This document shows, one piece after another, positions 45,225 through 54,880 of a stretch of 64,000 bases of DNA. The position numbers were made by a program, and so were the translations under genes. The DNA is from an uncultured Candidatus Rokubacteria bacterium. Its GTDB lineage: Bacteria > Methylomirabilota > Methylomirabilia > Rokubacteriales > CSP1-6. The first letter of the stretch is position 1. Each line of letters starts with the position of its first letter. The stretch covers positions 2,016,001 to 2,080,000 of the forward strand of contig CAVYTA010000006.1 of NCBI GenBank assembly GCA_963771355.1, in the 5' to 3' direction. Below the pieces are notes generated by a model. The model was given only the letters and a program-made list of their open reading frames with translations. It had not been told where the DNA came from and made no database searches.

Positions 45225-46337
45225 CTACGACTTGTACTTGGCCTGCGCCTTCCGCACGAAGCGCATGTCCACGGCCTGGGCGTAAGGAATCGGCTTGTCG
45301 AGCGCGGTGGGGATCCAGACCTTCTCCCCGCGCGCGTAGTCCGCTTCCTCGACCACGAAGTCCCAGTCGAAGATGGTGCGGTAGTAGCGAACGGAGTCCA
45401 GCACCACCTCGCGCGTGAAGGCGTCCATGTACGGCTTGTGCAGGAGCTCCACGATCTCATCGTCCTTGGCGCGGCGGATCCACTGCTGCGCCCGGTAGCA
45501 GGCGTTGACATAGGCCTGGACGAGGTCGGGGGCCTTGTCGACGGTCTCCTTCAGGCAATAGCCGACCGTCACCGGGATGGGACCGCCGAACACGCGGTTC
45601 CACGCCTTCTCGTCCTGGATGTCGTAGATGGGCCGTCCAAATCCCTCGCTCACCGCCGCCGATTGCCACTCGGGCACCGCCATGATGGCGTCGAACTTCC
45701 CCGCCTTGAGCCCGCCCAGCATGGTGGTGGAGGCGCCCCCACCCACCCACTCCACGTGGTCGTTGACCGCCCGCCCGCTGGGCGCCTTGATGCTCTTGCA
45801 CACGAACACGCCGTAGACGTGGGTGCCGGAGCCGATGGCGGTCGCGGCCACCACCGCCTTGCGGCCCACGAGCTTCTCGTCGCCGAGGGCCTCCACGCTC
45901 TTCACGCCCCGGTCGAAGAGCTCCTTGCGCACGACGACGTTGGCGTAGGAGCACCGGGTGTCGGTGGCGAACAGGATCACCGCGTCGCGGCCCTTCTCGG
46001 TGGTCTTGAGCGGATGGTTCGAGTCGCCGAGGCCGAACTGGGCCTGCCCTGCCGCCACCGCCTGCACCACCTTGGCGCCGCCGCCCGGCACGATGAAGTC
46101 GGGACTCTTGAGGCCCTCCTCCTCGAAGAATTTCTTCTGGACCGCGACCAGATGCTGGCCGTAAACGATGGTGGAGACGCTGTGCGAGGCGGTGAAGGTC
46201 TTGAGCGTCCCCTGGGCCGCTCCTGCCCCGGGCCTGCCCGCCAGCAGGGCTCCCCCGGCCAGCCCCGCTCCGGCCCGAGCCACCGTGCTCATGAAGCCGC
46301 GCCGCGTCCACTGCCGATCGTCGGGCCGCTCTGCCAT
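45225..46337 (-). CDS. NitT/TauT (NMT1/SsuA-like) substrate-binding protein, Tat signal
   Basis: TRRGFM Tat motif, FFEEEGL, ATAIGSGTH; first gene of the ABC operon. Confidence 0.88.
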   Translation of the reverse strand: MAERPDDRQWTRRGFMSTVARAGAGLAGGALLAGRPGAGAAQGTLKTFTASHSVSTIVYGQHLVAVQKKFFEEEGLKSPDFIVPGGGAKVVQAVAAGQAQFGLGDSNHPLKTTEKGRDAVILFATDTRCSYANVVVRKELFDRGVKSVEALGDEKLVGRKAVVAATAIGSGTHVYGVFVCKSIKAPSGRAVNDHVEWVGGGASTTMLGGLKAGKFDAIMAVPEWQSAAVSEGFGRPIYDIQDEKAWNRVFGGPIPVTVGYCLKETVDKAPDLVQAYVNACYRAQQWIRRAKDDEIVELLHKPYMDAFTREVVLDSVRYYRTIFDWDFVVEEADYARGEKVWIPTALDKPIPYAQAVDMRFVRKAQAKYKS

Positions 46338-46391
46338 GGAAGTCCTCCGGATACGGGATGGGGTCCGGCCGCACTGTACACCCGGAACACC

Positions 46392-46421
46392 TTGACAGGA
46401 AAGATGTTTTTGGGCTACCAT
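46392..46421 (+). promoter_or_regulatory. Sigma70 promoter upstream of yicC
   Basis: TTGACA-18 nt-TACCAT. Confidence 0.6.
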
Positions 46422-46474
46422 CCGGCGATGGGAGCCTGTCACATCCCCCCGACTTCCCATTTCCAGAGGCGCTC

Positions 46475-47359
46475 ATGATTCGCAGCATGACGGGGTACGG
46501 CCGGGCCGAGGTGTCCGGACCCCGCCTGGCGGTTTCGGTGGAATGCCGCTCCGTCAATCATCGCCACCTCGACATCGTGCTCAAGCTCCCGCGGGCACTG
46601 GCGGTCTATGAGCCCGATGCCCGGCGGCTCGTCCAGGCGGCCGTGCAGCGCGGCCGCGTCGACGTTTCCGCCACGCTGACGGCGGCGGGCGGCGGCGGGC
46701 TCGGCTCCCTCTCGGTCAATACCGTCCAGGCCCGCGAGTACGAGGCGGCCGCGCGCGCCCTCGCGGACGAGCTGGGGCTGACGCCGTCACTTCGCATCGA
46801 GTGGCTGCTCGCGCAGCCCGGCGTGCTCGCGCGCGACGCCGAGCCCGCCGCCTCGCCGGAAGAAGGCTGGAGCTTGCTGGCGCCGGCGCTGGAGGCGGCG
46901 CTCGCCGACCTCGTGGCGCGCCGCGAGGCCGAGGGCAAGGCGCTCGCGCAGGAGCTGGGCACGCTGCACGACACGCTCGAGGCCGGCGTGGCGCTGATCG
47001 CGGTCCGCGTGCCGACGACCCAGGCGCGCCGGGCAACCCGGCTCCGCGAGCGGGTGCAGGCACTGCTGGGCGAGGTCCCGGTGGACGAGGGGCGCCTCGC
47101 CACCGAGGTCGCTGCGCTGGCGGAGCGGGCCGACATCACCGAGGAGCTGGCGCGGCTTCGCGCGCACCTGGGCGAGCTCCGCGCGCGCCTCGACGAGGGG
47201 GGGACGGTGGGTCGCCCGCTGGACTTCCTCATCCAGGAGATCAACCGCGAGATCAACACGGTGGGATCCAAGGCCGACGATCTCGAGATCTCCCAGGCGG
47301 TCATCGCCGCCAAGGCCACCCTCGAGAAGATCCGCGAGCAAGTGCAGAACATCGAGTGA
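46475..47359 (+). CDS. yicC: YicC/YloC-family endoribonuclease
   Basis: MIRSMTGYGR, SVNHRHLD, GRPLDFLIQEINREINTVGSK, EKIREQVQNIE. Confidence 0.95.
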   Translation: MIRSMTGYGRAEVSGPRLAVSVECRSVNHRHLDIVLKLPRALAVYEPDARRLVQAAVQRGRVDVSATLTAAGGGGLGSLSVNTVQAREYEAAARALADELGLTPSLRIEWLLAQPGVLARDAEPAASPEEGWSLLAPALEAALADLVARREAEGKALAQELGTLHDTLEAGVALIAVRVPTTQARRATRLRERVQALLGEVPVDEGRLATEVAALAERADITEELARLRAHLGELRARLDEGGTVGRPLDFLIQEINREINTVGSKADDLEISQAVIAAKATLEKIREQVQNIE

Positions 47360-47979
47360 TGGAGCTCCTCAAGCGGCGCGGCACCCTGGTGGTGGTCTCG
47401 GCCCCGTCGGGCGCGGGCAAGACCACGCTCTGCCACGAGGTGCGCTCGCTGGTGCCCGACCTCTACTACTCGGTGTCGTGCACCACCCGCGCCCCCCGCA
47501 ACGGCGAGGTGAACGGGACAGACTTCCACTTCCTCGACGCGGGCGACTTCATCGCCATGCGCGACCGCAACGAGTTCGCCGAGTGGGCGCAGGTGCACGG
47601 GCACTACTACGGCACTCCCGCCCGCGCGCTGGAAGGCGCCCTCGCCCGCGGGCTGGACATCCTCCTCGACATCGACACCAGCGGGGCCCGGCAGCTCCGC
47701 GCTCGCTACCCGGAGGCGGTGTCGGTGTTCATCATGGCTCCCTCGCTGGCCGAGCTGGACGCGCGCCTGCGCGAGCGGAAGAGCGACGCGTCGGGCGAGA
47801 TCGCCCGGCGCATGAGTCGGGCCCGCGAGGAGATCGCGGCCTGGCGCGAGTACGACTACCTGATCATCAACCGCGACGTGAAAGAAGCGGTGGACCAGCT
47901 CGCCACCATCATCCAGGCCGAGCGCTGCCGCACGAGCCGACTCACCATTCGATTCCCCGACGTGGAGGTTCCCGACTGA
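47359..47979 (+). CDS. gmk: Guanylate kinase
   Basis: SAPSGAGKTT, SCTTRAPRNGEVNGTDFHF, YYGT. Confidence 0.96.
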   Translation: MELLKRRGTLVVVSAPSGAGKTTLCHEVRSLVPDLYYSVSCTTRAPRNGEVNGTDFHFLDAGDFIAMRDRNEFAEWAQVHGHYYGTPARALEGALARGLDILLDIDTSGARQLRARYPEAVSVFIMAPSLAELDARLRERKSDASGEIARRMSRAREEIAAWREYDYLIINRDVKEAVDQLATIIQAERCRTSRLTIRFPDVEVPD

Positions 47980-48191
47980 TGACGTTCCCTTCCCTGGAGC
48001 GGTCGCTCGACAAGGTGTCCAATCGCTATCTGCTCGTCGTGCTCGCCGCCAAGCGGGCGCGCCAGCTCAACCGCGGCGCGCAGGCGCAGCTCGAATCCAA
48101 GCACAAGAAGCCTACCAGCGTGGCGCTGCAGGAGATCGCCGACGCCAAGGTGGGCTATCGCCTCAAGGACGAGGACGCCCCCAAGGACTGA
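47979..48191 (+). CDS. rpoZ: RNA polymerase omega subunit
   Basis: NRYLLVVLAAKRARQL...KPTSVALQEI; between gmk and coaBC. Confidence 0.95.
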   Translation: MTFPSLERSLDKVSNRYLLVVLAAKRARQLNRGAQAQLESKHKKPTSVALQEIADAKVGYRLKDEDAPKD

Positions 48192-48195
48192 CGTC

Positions 48196-49428
48196 GTGGC
48201 GCTCGGCGGCCGGGAGCTGATCCTCGGGGTCACGGGCAGCATCGCCGCCTACAAGGCGGTGTATCTCCTGCGTGAGCTCGTCCGCCTGGGCGCCCGCGTC
48301 ACCGTCGTCCGCACCGCCCACGCCGAGCAGTTCGTGGGGGATCTCACCTGGCGCACGCTCTCCGGACGGCCGGTGCTCGCCGACCTCTTCGATCCGCGGA
48401 GCGGGGAGGCGGTGGAGCACGTGGCCCTCGCCGAGCGCGCGGATGCGGTGGTGGTCGCGCCGGCCACCGCCAATCTCCTCGCCAAGGCGGCCCACGGCAT
48501 CGCCGACGACTTCCTGACCACCGTGCTCCTCGCCGCCCGCGGCCCGGTGCTGATGGTGCCGGCCATGGACGGCGGGATGTGGAACCACGCCGCGGTGTCC
48601 GCCAACGTGGCCACGCTGCGGTCCCGGGGCGTGACGGTGCTCGAGCCGGACGCGGGCGCGCTCGCCTCCGGGCTCAGCGGCAAGGGCCGCCTCCCCGAGG
48701 CGGACGACATCGTCGAGGCGCTGGAGCGACTCCTGACGCCCGCCCGCGACCTCGCGGGCGAGCAGCTCCTCGTCACCTCGGGGCCCACGCGCGAGCCCAT
48801 CGATCCCGTGCGCTATCTCTCCAACCGCTCGTCGGGGAAGATGGGCCACGCCATCACCACCGCGGCCCTCCGCCGGGGCGCCGCCGTCACCCTGATCTCG
48901 GGCCCCACCGCGCTCACGCCCCCGCCCGGAGCCACCTTCGTCCCGGTCCAGACGGCGGAGGAGATGCGCGAAGCCGCGCTCCAGCATCTTCCCGCGGCGA
49001 CGGTGGTGATCAAGGCCGCCGCGGTGGCGGACTATCGCGTGGCAAACCCCGCCGGCCAGAAGATCAAGTCGAAGAAGGACGAGGGGCTCACCCTGGAGCT
49101 GGTGCCGAACCCCGACATCCTCCGCGAGCTGGCCGCGCGCAAGGGACACACCTTCCTGGTGGGCTTCGCCGCCGAGACCCATGAACTCCGGCGCCACGCG
49201 CAGGCCAAGCTGGCCGCCAAGGGGATCGATCTCTTGGTCGCCAACGACGTGAGCCGCCAGGGCATCGGCTTCGAGGCCGACGACAACCAGGTCGTGCTCC
49301 TCGATCGCTGGGGCGGTGAGGTCGAGCTCCCGAAGATGTCCAAGCTCGCGGTGGCCGACGCCATCCTCGACCGCGTGCTGGCGCTCCGGGCGGCCGCGGT
49401 CGCCCCTCACCCTAGCCCGCTCGCCTGA
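48196..49428 (+). CDS. coaBC: Phosphopantothenoylcysteine decarboxylase/ligase
   Basis: GVTGSIAAYKA, APATAN, EPIDPVRYLSNRSSGKMG, VGFAAET. Confidence 0.97.
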   Translation: MALGGRELILGVTGSIAAYKAVYLLRELVRLGARVTVVRTAHAEQFVGDLTWRTLSGRPVLADLFDPRSGEAVEHVALAERADAVVVAPATANLLAKAAHGIADDFLTTVLLAARGPVLMVPAMDGGMWNHAAVSANVATLRSRGVTVLEPDAGALASGLSGKGRLPEADDIVEALERLLTPARDLAGEQLLVTSGPTREPIDPVRYLSNRSSGKMGHAITTAALRRGAAVTLISGPTALTPPPGATFVPVQTAEEMREAALQHLPAATVVIKAAAVADYRVANPAGQKIKSKKDEGLTLELVPNPDILRELAARKGHTFLVGFAAETHELRRHAQAKLAAKGIDLLVANDVSRQGIGFEADDNQVVLLDRWGGEVELPKMSKLAVADAILDRVLALRAAAVAPHPSPLA

Positions 49429-49444
49429 AGGACGGCGGCCGGCG

Positions 49445-50152
49445 GTGGGAGACCGGGAGGAGCTCGCCGATGCGCTACGCGACCTCGCGGGCACACTCCG
49501 CCACCATCGCGACCTGGGGGTCATCGAGCTGCCCATGAGCGCGGCCGCCGCAGTGGCCCCGCCCCCGATTGACGCCGCGAAGGCGCTGGCCGCCCAGGAG
49601 GCCGCGCTGCAGGGCTGCACGCTCTGCAAGCTCTGCCAGAGCCGGACGAACATCGCCTTCGGCTCCGGCAATCCGCGCGCGGGTCTCCTGGTGGTGGGCG
49701 AAGGGCCGGGCGAGGAGGAAGACCGGCAGGCCAAGCCTTTCGTGGGTCGCGCCGGCCAGCTCCTGACCAAGATGCTCGAGTCGGTGGGCTTCGACCGGGA
49801 GCGCGACGCCTACATCGCCAACGTGGTGAAGTGCCGGCCGGAGCGGAACCGCAATCCGGAGCCGGACGAGGTCGCGGCCTGCAATCCCTTCCTCATGGCC
49901 CAGCTCGACACCGTGCGGCCGGCGGTGATCCTGACCCTGGGTAACTTCGCCGCCCAGACCCTGCTCGGCACCCGCGAGGGCATCACCAAGCTGCGGGGCC
50001 GCGCCTACGAGTACCGGTCGAGCATCCTCGTGCCGACCTTCCACCCCGCGTTCCTGCTGCGAAACCCCGGCCCCCAGTACCGGCGCATGGCCTGGGATGA
50101 TCTCAAGCTCGCGAAGCGCGAATTCGATCGCCTGACGGCCACCAAGCGCTAG
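49445..50152 (+). CDS. Uracil-DNA glycosylase family 4 (4Fe-4S)
   Basis: CTLCKLC, VGEGPGEEED, PFVGRAG, NVVKCRP, TFHPA. Confidence 0.93.
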   Translation: MGDREELADALRDLAGTLRHHRDLGVIELPMSAAAAVAPPPIDAAKALAAQEAALQGCTLCKLCQSRTNIAFGSGNPRAGLLVVGEGPGEEEDRQAKPFVGRAGQLLTKMLESVGFDRERDAYIANVVKCRPERNRNPEPDEVAACNPFLMAQLDTVRPAVILTLGNFAAQTLLGTREGITKLRGRAYEYRSSILVPTFHPAFLLRNPGPQYRRMAWDDLKLAKREFDRLTATKR

Positions 50153-50156
50153 CCGC

Positions 50157-51938
50157 TTGCGCGTCGCCGATCTTCTCTTCGATCTCCCGCTGCGCCATCC
50201 GCTCACCTACGCCGTGCCCGACGGGCTCGTGCTCGCGCCGGGCCAGCGCGTCAGCGCGCCCGTTCAGGGGCGCGCCCGCGCGGGCCTCGTGCTCGCGCTG
50301 CGGGACGCCGACGCGGCGGGACTGGCGACCATCGACCGAACCCTGGAGCCCGCGCCGGTGCTCTCGCCCGTGATGCTGGATCTCGGCCGCTGGGCCGCGG
50401 CGGAAAGCCTCTCCGCTCCCGGCTCCACCCTCGCCGCGCTGCTGCCTCCCGCCCCCCGCCGCGGGAGCGTGGAGAGTGTGGCCCCGCCGCCGATGCCCGC
50501 CGCTTCGGCCACTCCCGTGACGCCGGAGCTCTGGACCGACCTCGCGCGCGACGCCCGCCTCAGCGAGCTCGCCGCGCGAGCGGACGGGCCGGTGCTGGTG
50601 GTCGCGCCCGACATCGAGTCCGCCGCGCGCTGGGCCGACCGGCTCGACGCCGGGCGCCTGGACAGCGGCGCCCCCGACGCCGCGCGCCGCGCGGCCTGGT
50701 TCGGCGCCGGGCGCGGCCGGCCGCGGGTGGTGGTGGGCACGCGCTCGGCCCTCCTCGTCGGCTTGCCGCCACCCGCCACGCTGGTGCTCCTCGACGAGGG
50801 TGACACCGCCCACAAGCCGCCCGGCGCCCCGCGGCTGCACTCACGCGAGCTCCTCGTGGAGCGGGCCCGGCGTGAAGGCAGCCGGCTCGTGCTGCTCGCC
50901 GGCGCGCCCGCGGTGGAGACGTGGCACCACGCCCGGTCCGGAACCTTCAGACTGGCCGCCCCCACGCCTTCAGGAGGCTGGCCCGAAATCATCGCCGCCG
51001 ACACGCGCGGCATTCTCCGCAACCATCCCCTCACGCTGCCCCTCACCCGCGCCATCGAGGAGGCGGGCCGACGCGGCCGACGCGTGGCGCTGGTGGTCTC
51101 GCGCGGCGCCGCCGCGCTGGGGTGCGAAGAGTGCGGCGAGGTGCTGCGCTGCCCGGATTGCGGCGTGGCCCTGGGGCTCGCGCGCGCGGGAGAGCCGCTC
51201 GGCTGCCGTATCTGCGGCCGCCGCGAGCCGGCGCCGGGGGGCTGCCCTCGCTGCGGCGGCCATCGTCTCTCGCCCTTCGGCTGGAGTCCCGAGCGCGTCG
51301 AGGCGTCGGTGCGCAAGCGCTTCCCGGCGTTGACGGTGGCCCGCGCGGGCCCGCGCGCGGCCGGGGCACAGGTGGTGATCGGGGGGGCGGGCGTGCTGCG
51401 CGGTCTCGAGCTCGGTAGCTTGAGCGCCGTGGGTTTCATCGCCCTCGACGGGCTCCTCCGCATCCCAGACTTCCGGGCCGGGGAGCGTGCCTTCCAGTCC
51501 CTCTGGGCGGCGGCGGAAGCGGTGGGCGGCAGCGGGCGCGTGATCGTTCAGACCCTGCATCCCGAGCACTACGCGCTCCAGGCGGTTCGCCGGCACGAGC
51601 GGGAGCTGTTCTACGAGCCGGAGCTGCAGTTCCGCGCCGAGCTGGGCTACCCACCTTATAGCCGGCTGTGCCTCCTCGACGTACGAGGCAAGAGCGAGGA
51701 AGGGGCCCGCGCGCTGATCGCGGAGTGCACGGCCGCGCTGAGCGGGATCGCGGGTATCCGCGCCTACGCCGCCACGCCGCGGGGCACGCCGGCCGCGCGG
51801 CGGCCCTCGTGGCGCATACTGGTCAAGGGGCCCGCCCACCTGCCGCGCCTGCTCGAGGAGCCCCTTCGCCCCCTCCTCGAGCGCCGCCGCCGCTCGCCCG
51901 GTGTGGTAGAAATAGAGATAGACCCCATTTCCTTATAG
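50157..51938 (+). CDS. priA: Primosomal protein N' (PriA), short form with degenerate helicase motifs
   Basis: N-terminal LTYAVP..GQRV, VVGTRSAL, four CxxC pairs, PDFRAGERAFQ, VIVQT, YPPY; canonical position before def-fmt. Confidence 0.85.
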   Translation: MRVADLLFDLPLRHPLTYAVPDGLVLAPGQRVSAPVQGRARAGLVLALRDADAAGLATIDRTLEPAPVLSPVMLDLGRWAAAESLSAPGSTLAALLPPAPRRGSVESVAPPPMPAASATPVTPELWTDLARDARLSELAARADGPVLVVAPDIESAARWADRLDAGRLDSGAPDAARRAAWFGAGRGRPRVVVGTRSALLVGLPPPATLVLLDEGDTAHKPPGAPRLHSRELLVERARREGSRLVLLAGAPAVETWHHARSGTFRLAAPTPSGGWPEIIAADTRGILRNHPLTLPLTRAIEEAGRRGRRVALVVSRGAAALGCEECGEVLRCPDCGVALGLARAGEPLGCRICGRREPAPGGCPRCGGHRLSPFGWSPERVEASVRKRFPALTVARAGPRAAGAQVVIGGAGVLRGLELGSLSAVGFIALDGLLRIPDFRAGERAFQSLWAAAEAVGGSGRVIVQTLHPEHYALQAVRRHERELFYEPELQFRAELGYPPYSRLCLLDVRGKSEEGARALIAECTAALSGIAGIRAYAATPRGTPAARRPSWRILVKGPAHLPRLLEEPLRPLLERRRRSPGVVEIEIDPISL

Positions 51939-51965
51939 AGGTCGTCCCTTGGGACGACCGTAGAT

Positions 51966-52022
51966 CAATAAAAGGCCGGAAAAAAAGACAGCAAGCCAAT
52001 AAAAGGCCGTAAATAAAGACAG
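51966..52022 (+). repeat. A-rich 26-bp direct repeat, two copies (period 31 bp)
   Basis: CAATAAAAGGCCGGAAAAAAAGACAG (51966-51991) and CAATAAAAGGCCGTAAATAAAGACAG (51997-52022), 24/26 identical. Confidence 0.85.
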
Positions 52023-52060
52023 AAAACTAGTAAGAACAAGATGCTAGGAGTGCAGCCCAC

Positions 52061-52582
52061 ATGCCCGTCCTGAACGTCCGGCGCTACGGCGACCCCATTC
52101 TCCGGCAGAAGGCCCAGCCGGTGGAGGCCGTGACGCCCGAGATCCGCAAGACCCTCGCCGACATGCTCGAGACCATGTACCACCAGGTCGGCATCGGCCT
52201 GGCGGCACCCCAGGTAGGAATCAGCCTCCGCATCATCTTGGTCGATGACGGCCCGCGCGGCCCGCGCGTGCTGATCAACCCCGTCATCGTCGAGCGCCGG
52301 GGCGTCGTGCGCGGTGAAGAGGGCTGCCTCTCGATACCCGGCTTCTTCGGCGAAGTCGAGCGAAGCGAGTGGGTGCGGGTCGAGGCGCTGGACGCCGAGG
52401 GCCTCTCGCTGGCCTTCGAGGCCAAAGGCCTGCAGGCGCGGGTGATCCAGCACGAGATGGACCATCTCGACGGCGTGCTCTTCATCGACCACCTGCCTCC
52501 GGTGACCCGGGACCGGATCAAGAAGAAGATCCAGAAGGACGGCCTGCCCGAGGACGCGCCGCACCACGCCTTCGCGCTGTAG
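52061..52582 (+). CDS. def: Peptide deformylase
   Basis: GIGLAAPQVG, EEGCLSIPG, QHEMDHLDG. Confidence 0.97.
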   Translation: MPVLNVRRYGDPILRQKAQPVEAVTPEIRKTLADMLETMYHQVGIGLAAPQVGISLRIILVDDGPRGPRVLINPVIVERRGVVRGEEGCLSIPGFFGEVERSEWVRVEALDAEGLSLAFEAKGLQARVIQHEMDHLDGVLFIDHLPPVTRDRIKKKIQKDGLPEDAPHHAFAL

Positions 52583-52592
52583 CGGGGGAGCG

Positions 52593-53525
52593 TTGCGGGT
52601 CCTCTTCTACGGGACGCCGGCCTTCGCCGTGCCGACCCTCGAGGCACTCCTCGGCGCCCATCACGTGGTCGGGGTCGTCACCCAGCCGGACCGGCCCGCC
52701 GGGCGGGGCCAGCGTGTCACCGCCTCGCCGGTGAAGGAGCGCGCGCTGGCGGCCGGGGTACCGGTCTTGCAGCCCCCGCGCCTGCGCGATGCGGGCTGGC
52801 CCGAGCGCCTCGCGGAGCTGGACGCCGAGATCGCGGTGGTGGTGGCCTTCGGGCAGATCCTGCCCAAGGCCGTGCTCGACGTCCCCACGCGCGGCTCCAT
52901 CAACATCCATGCCTCGCTGCTCCCGCGCTATCGCGGTGCCGCTCCCATCGCGTGGGCCATCATCCGCGGCGAGACGGAGACCGGTATCACCACGATTCAG
53001 ATGGACCCGGGCATGGACACCGGCGACATGCTCCTGCGCGAGGCCACTTCCATCGGCCCCGGAGAGACGGCCGGCGAGCTGACGGCGCGGCTGGCGCCCC
53101 TCGGCGCGGCGGTGATCCTTCGCACACTGGCGGACCTGGACGCGCTCACGCCGATGCCGCAGGACCATGGGCAGGCCACGCTGGCGCCGCGGCTCAAGAA
53201 GGAGGACGGCTGGCTACCGCTCTCGCAGCCGGCGAAGGCGCTCGTCGATCGCGTGCGCGGGTGCAACCCATGGCCGGGCGCCGCGCTCACCGCCGCCACG
53301 ACTCGCGTCCTCATCTGGCGCGCCGTGGTGGTGCCGCATCCCACGACGGCGGCGCCCGGCACGCTGGTGAGGACCGGACCCGGCGCCCTTGCGATCGCAA
53401 CCGGCGAGGGCTTGCTCCTGCCGATCGAGGTGCAGCCCGAGAACCGCAAGGCCGTGCCCTGGGAGGATTTCCTCCGCGGCGCCCGGCTCGGCCCGGGTGA
53501 CCGCCTCACCGAGATCGCTTCGTGA
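52593..53525 (+). CDS. fmt: Methionyl-tRNA formyltransferase
   Basis: GTPAFA, TQPDRPAGRG, NIHASLLPRYRGAAPI, GMDTGD. Confidence 0.97.
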   Translation: MRVLFYGTPAFAVPTLEALLGAHHVVGVVTQPDRPAGRGQRVTASPVKERALAAGVPVLQPPRLRDAGWPERLAELDAEIAVVVAFGQILPKAVLDVPTRGSINIHASLLPRYRGAAPIAWAIIRGETETGITTIQMDPGMDTGDMLLREATSIGPGETAGELTARLAPLGAAVILRTLADLDALTPMPQDHGQATLAPRLKKEDGWLPLSQPAKALVDRVRGCNPWPGAALTAATTRVLIWRAVVVPHPTTAAPGTLVRTGPGALAIATGEGLLLPIEVQPENRKAVPWEDFLRGARLGPGDRLTEIAS

Positions 53526-54880
53526 GCCCGGTGCTCCGCGCCGGGCCCGTCGCGCAGGCGCGCTACGAGGCCCTGCGCATCCTCGTGCGCGTGGAAACCG
53601 ACCGGGCCTTCGCCGACATCACCCTCGAGCACGCGCTCGACCGCGCGCAGCTGGAGGCGCGGGACGCGGCCCTCTGCACCGAGATCGTCTACGGGACACT
53701 CCGCTGGCAGCGGCACCTCGACTGGCGGCTCGCCGCCCATCTGCACCGCCCCATGGCGCGGCTCGATCCGTGGGTACGGGCCCTTGTGCGTCTCACCGCG
53801 TATCAGATCCTCTTCCTCGACCGCGTGCCCCGCTGGGCCGCGGTGGACGAGGCGGTGAGCCTGGCCAAGCTCAAGGCGCGCACGCCGGGCCCGGCGGAAT
53901 TCGTCAATGCCGTACTGCGGTCGCTGACCCGCGCGCCCGCGCCGCCGGCTTTCCCCGCCAATCCAGTCGAGGCGGCGGGGGTCCGGTGGTCGTTTCCAGA
54001 CTGGATCGCCGGGCGGTGGATAGCGCGATATGGCCGCGTCGAGGCGGAGGCGCTGATGGCGGCTCTCAACGAGCGGCCACCGCTCACCCTCCGCGCCAAC
54101 CGGCTCCGCATCACGCGCGAGGCGCTCGCGGCGCGGCTTCGTGAGGAGGACCTCGCCGACAGCCGGCCCACCGCGCTGGCCCCCGACGGGCTCGTGCTGG
54201 ACAAGGGAGCGGTGTCCCGACTGGCCGCGTTCACCGAGGGCTGGTGCACGGTACAGGACGAGGCCTCCATGCTGGTGGCCCTGCTCCTCGACCCGCAGCC
54301 GGGCGACGTGGTGGCGGACGCCTGCGCCGCGCCCGGCACCAAGACCACCCAGCTCGCCGAGCTCATGGGCAATCGCGGGCGCATCATCGCGCTCGACGCC
54401 TCGGCCGGGCGCCTCAAGCTGCTCGACCGCGCCGCGGCGCGTCTGGGTGTCACGATCGTGGAGAGCCATGCCGGCGGCGTCGCCGCGCTCGCGCCTCGCT
54501 GGAACGGGCGCTGTGACCGGGTGCTCGTGGACGCCCCCTGCTCCAACCTGGGCGTGCTTCGCCGGAATCCGGAGGTGAAGTGGCGGCGCACGGAGGAGGA
54601 CCTCCGCCGCCTGCAGCAGAAGCAGCGCACCATCCTGGCATCCGCCGCCGCGATGGCGAAGCCGGGCGGCGTGCTGGTCTACGCCACCTGCTCGCCCGAG
54701 CCCGAGGAAAACGAGGACGTGGTGATGCCGTTCCTCGCGGCGCATCCCGACTGGGCGATGGACCCGCCGGCCGAATTCCTGGTCCCGCCCGACGCCCACG
54801 GCATGGTCCGGCTCTTTCCGCACCGGCACGGCACCGACGCCTTCACCGCCGTGCGCCTGCGCCGACGGGGACGCGGATGA
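53522..54880 (+). CDS. rsmB: 16S rRNA m5C967 methyltransferase
   Basis: NusB-like N-terminus, VQDEAS, DACAAPGTKT, DAPCS, YATCS. Confidence 0.95.
   Translation: MSPVLRAGPVAQARYEALRILVRVETDRAFADITLEHALDRAQLEARDAALCTEIVYGTLRWQRHLDWRLAAHLHRPMARLDPWVRALVRLTAYQILFLDRVPRWAAVDEAVSLAKLKARTPGPAEFVNAVLRSLTRAPAPPAFPANPVEAAGVRWSFPDWIAGRWIARYGRVEAEALMAALNERPPLTLRANRLRITREALAARLREEDLADSRPTALAPDGLVLDKGAVSRLAAFTEGWCTVQDEASMLVALLLDPQPGDVVADACAAPGTKTTQLAELMGNRGRIIALDASAGRLKLLDRAAARLGVTIVESHAGGVAALAPRWNGRCDRVLVDAPCSNLGVLRRNPEVKWRRTEEDLRRLQQKQRTILASAAAMAKPGGVLVYATCSPEPEENEDVVMPFLAAHPDWAMDPPAEFLVPPDAHGMVRLFPHRHGTDAFTAVRLRRRGRG

Noticed and set aside
51940..51959. Intrinsic terminator after priA
   Set aside because: Strong stem, but no U-tract directly follows on either strand; kept only as part of the A-rich island finding.
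51966..52022. Possible CRISPR array or replication origin
   Set aside because: Only two repeats with a 5-nt gap, no cas genes, and no DnaA boxes (TTATCCACA) or dnaA nearby.
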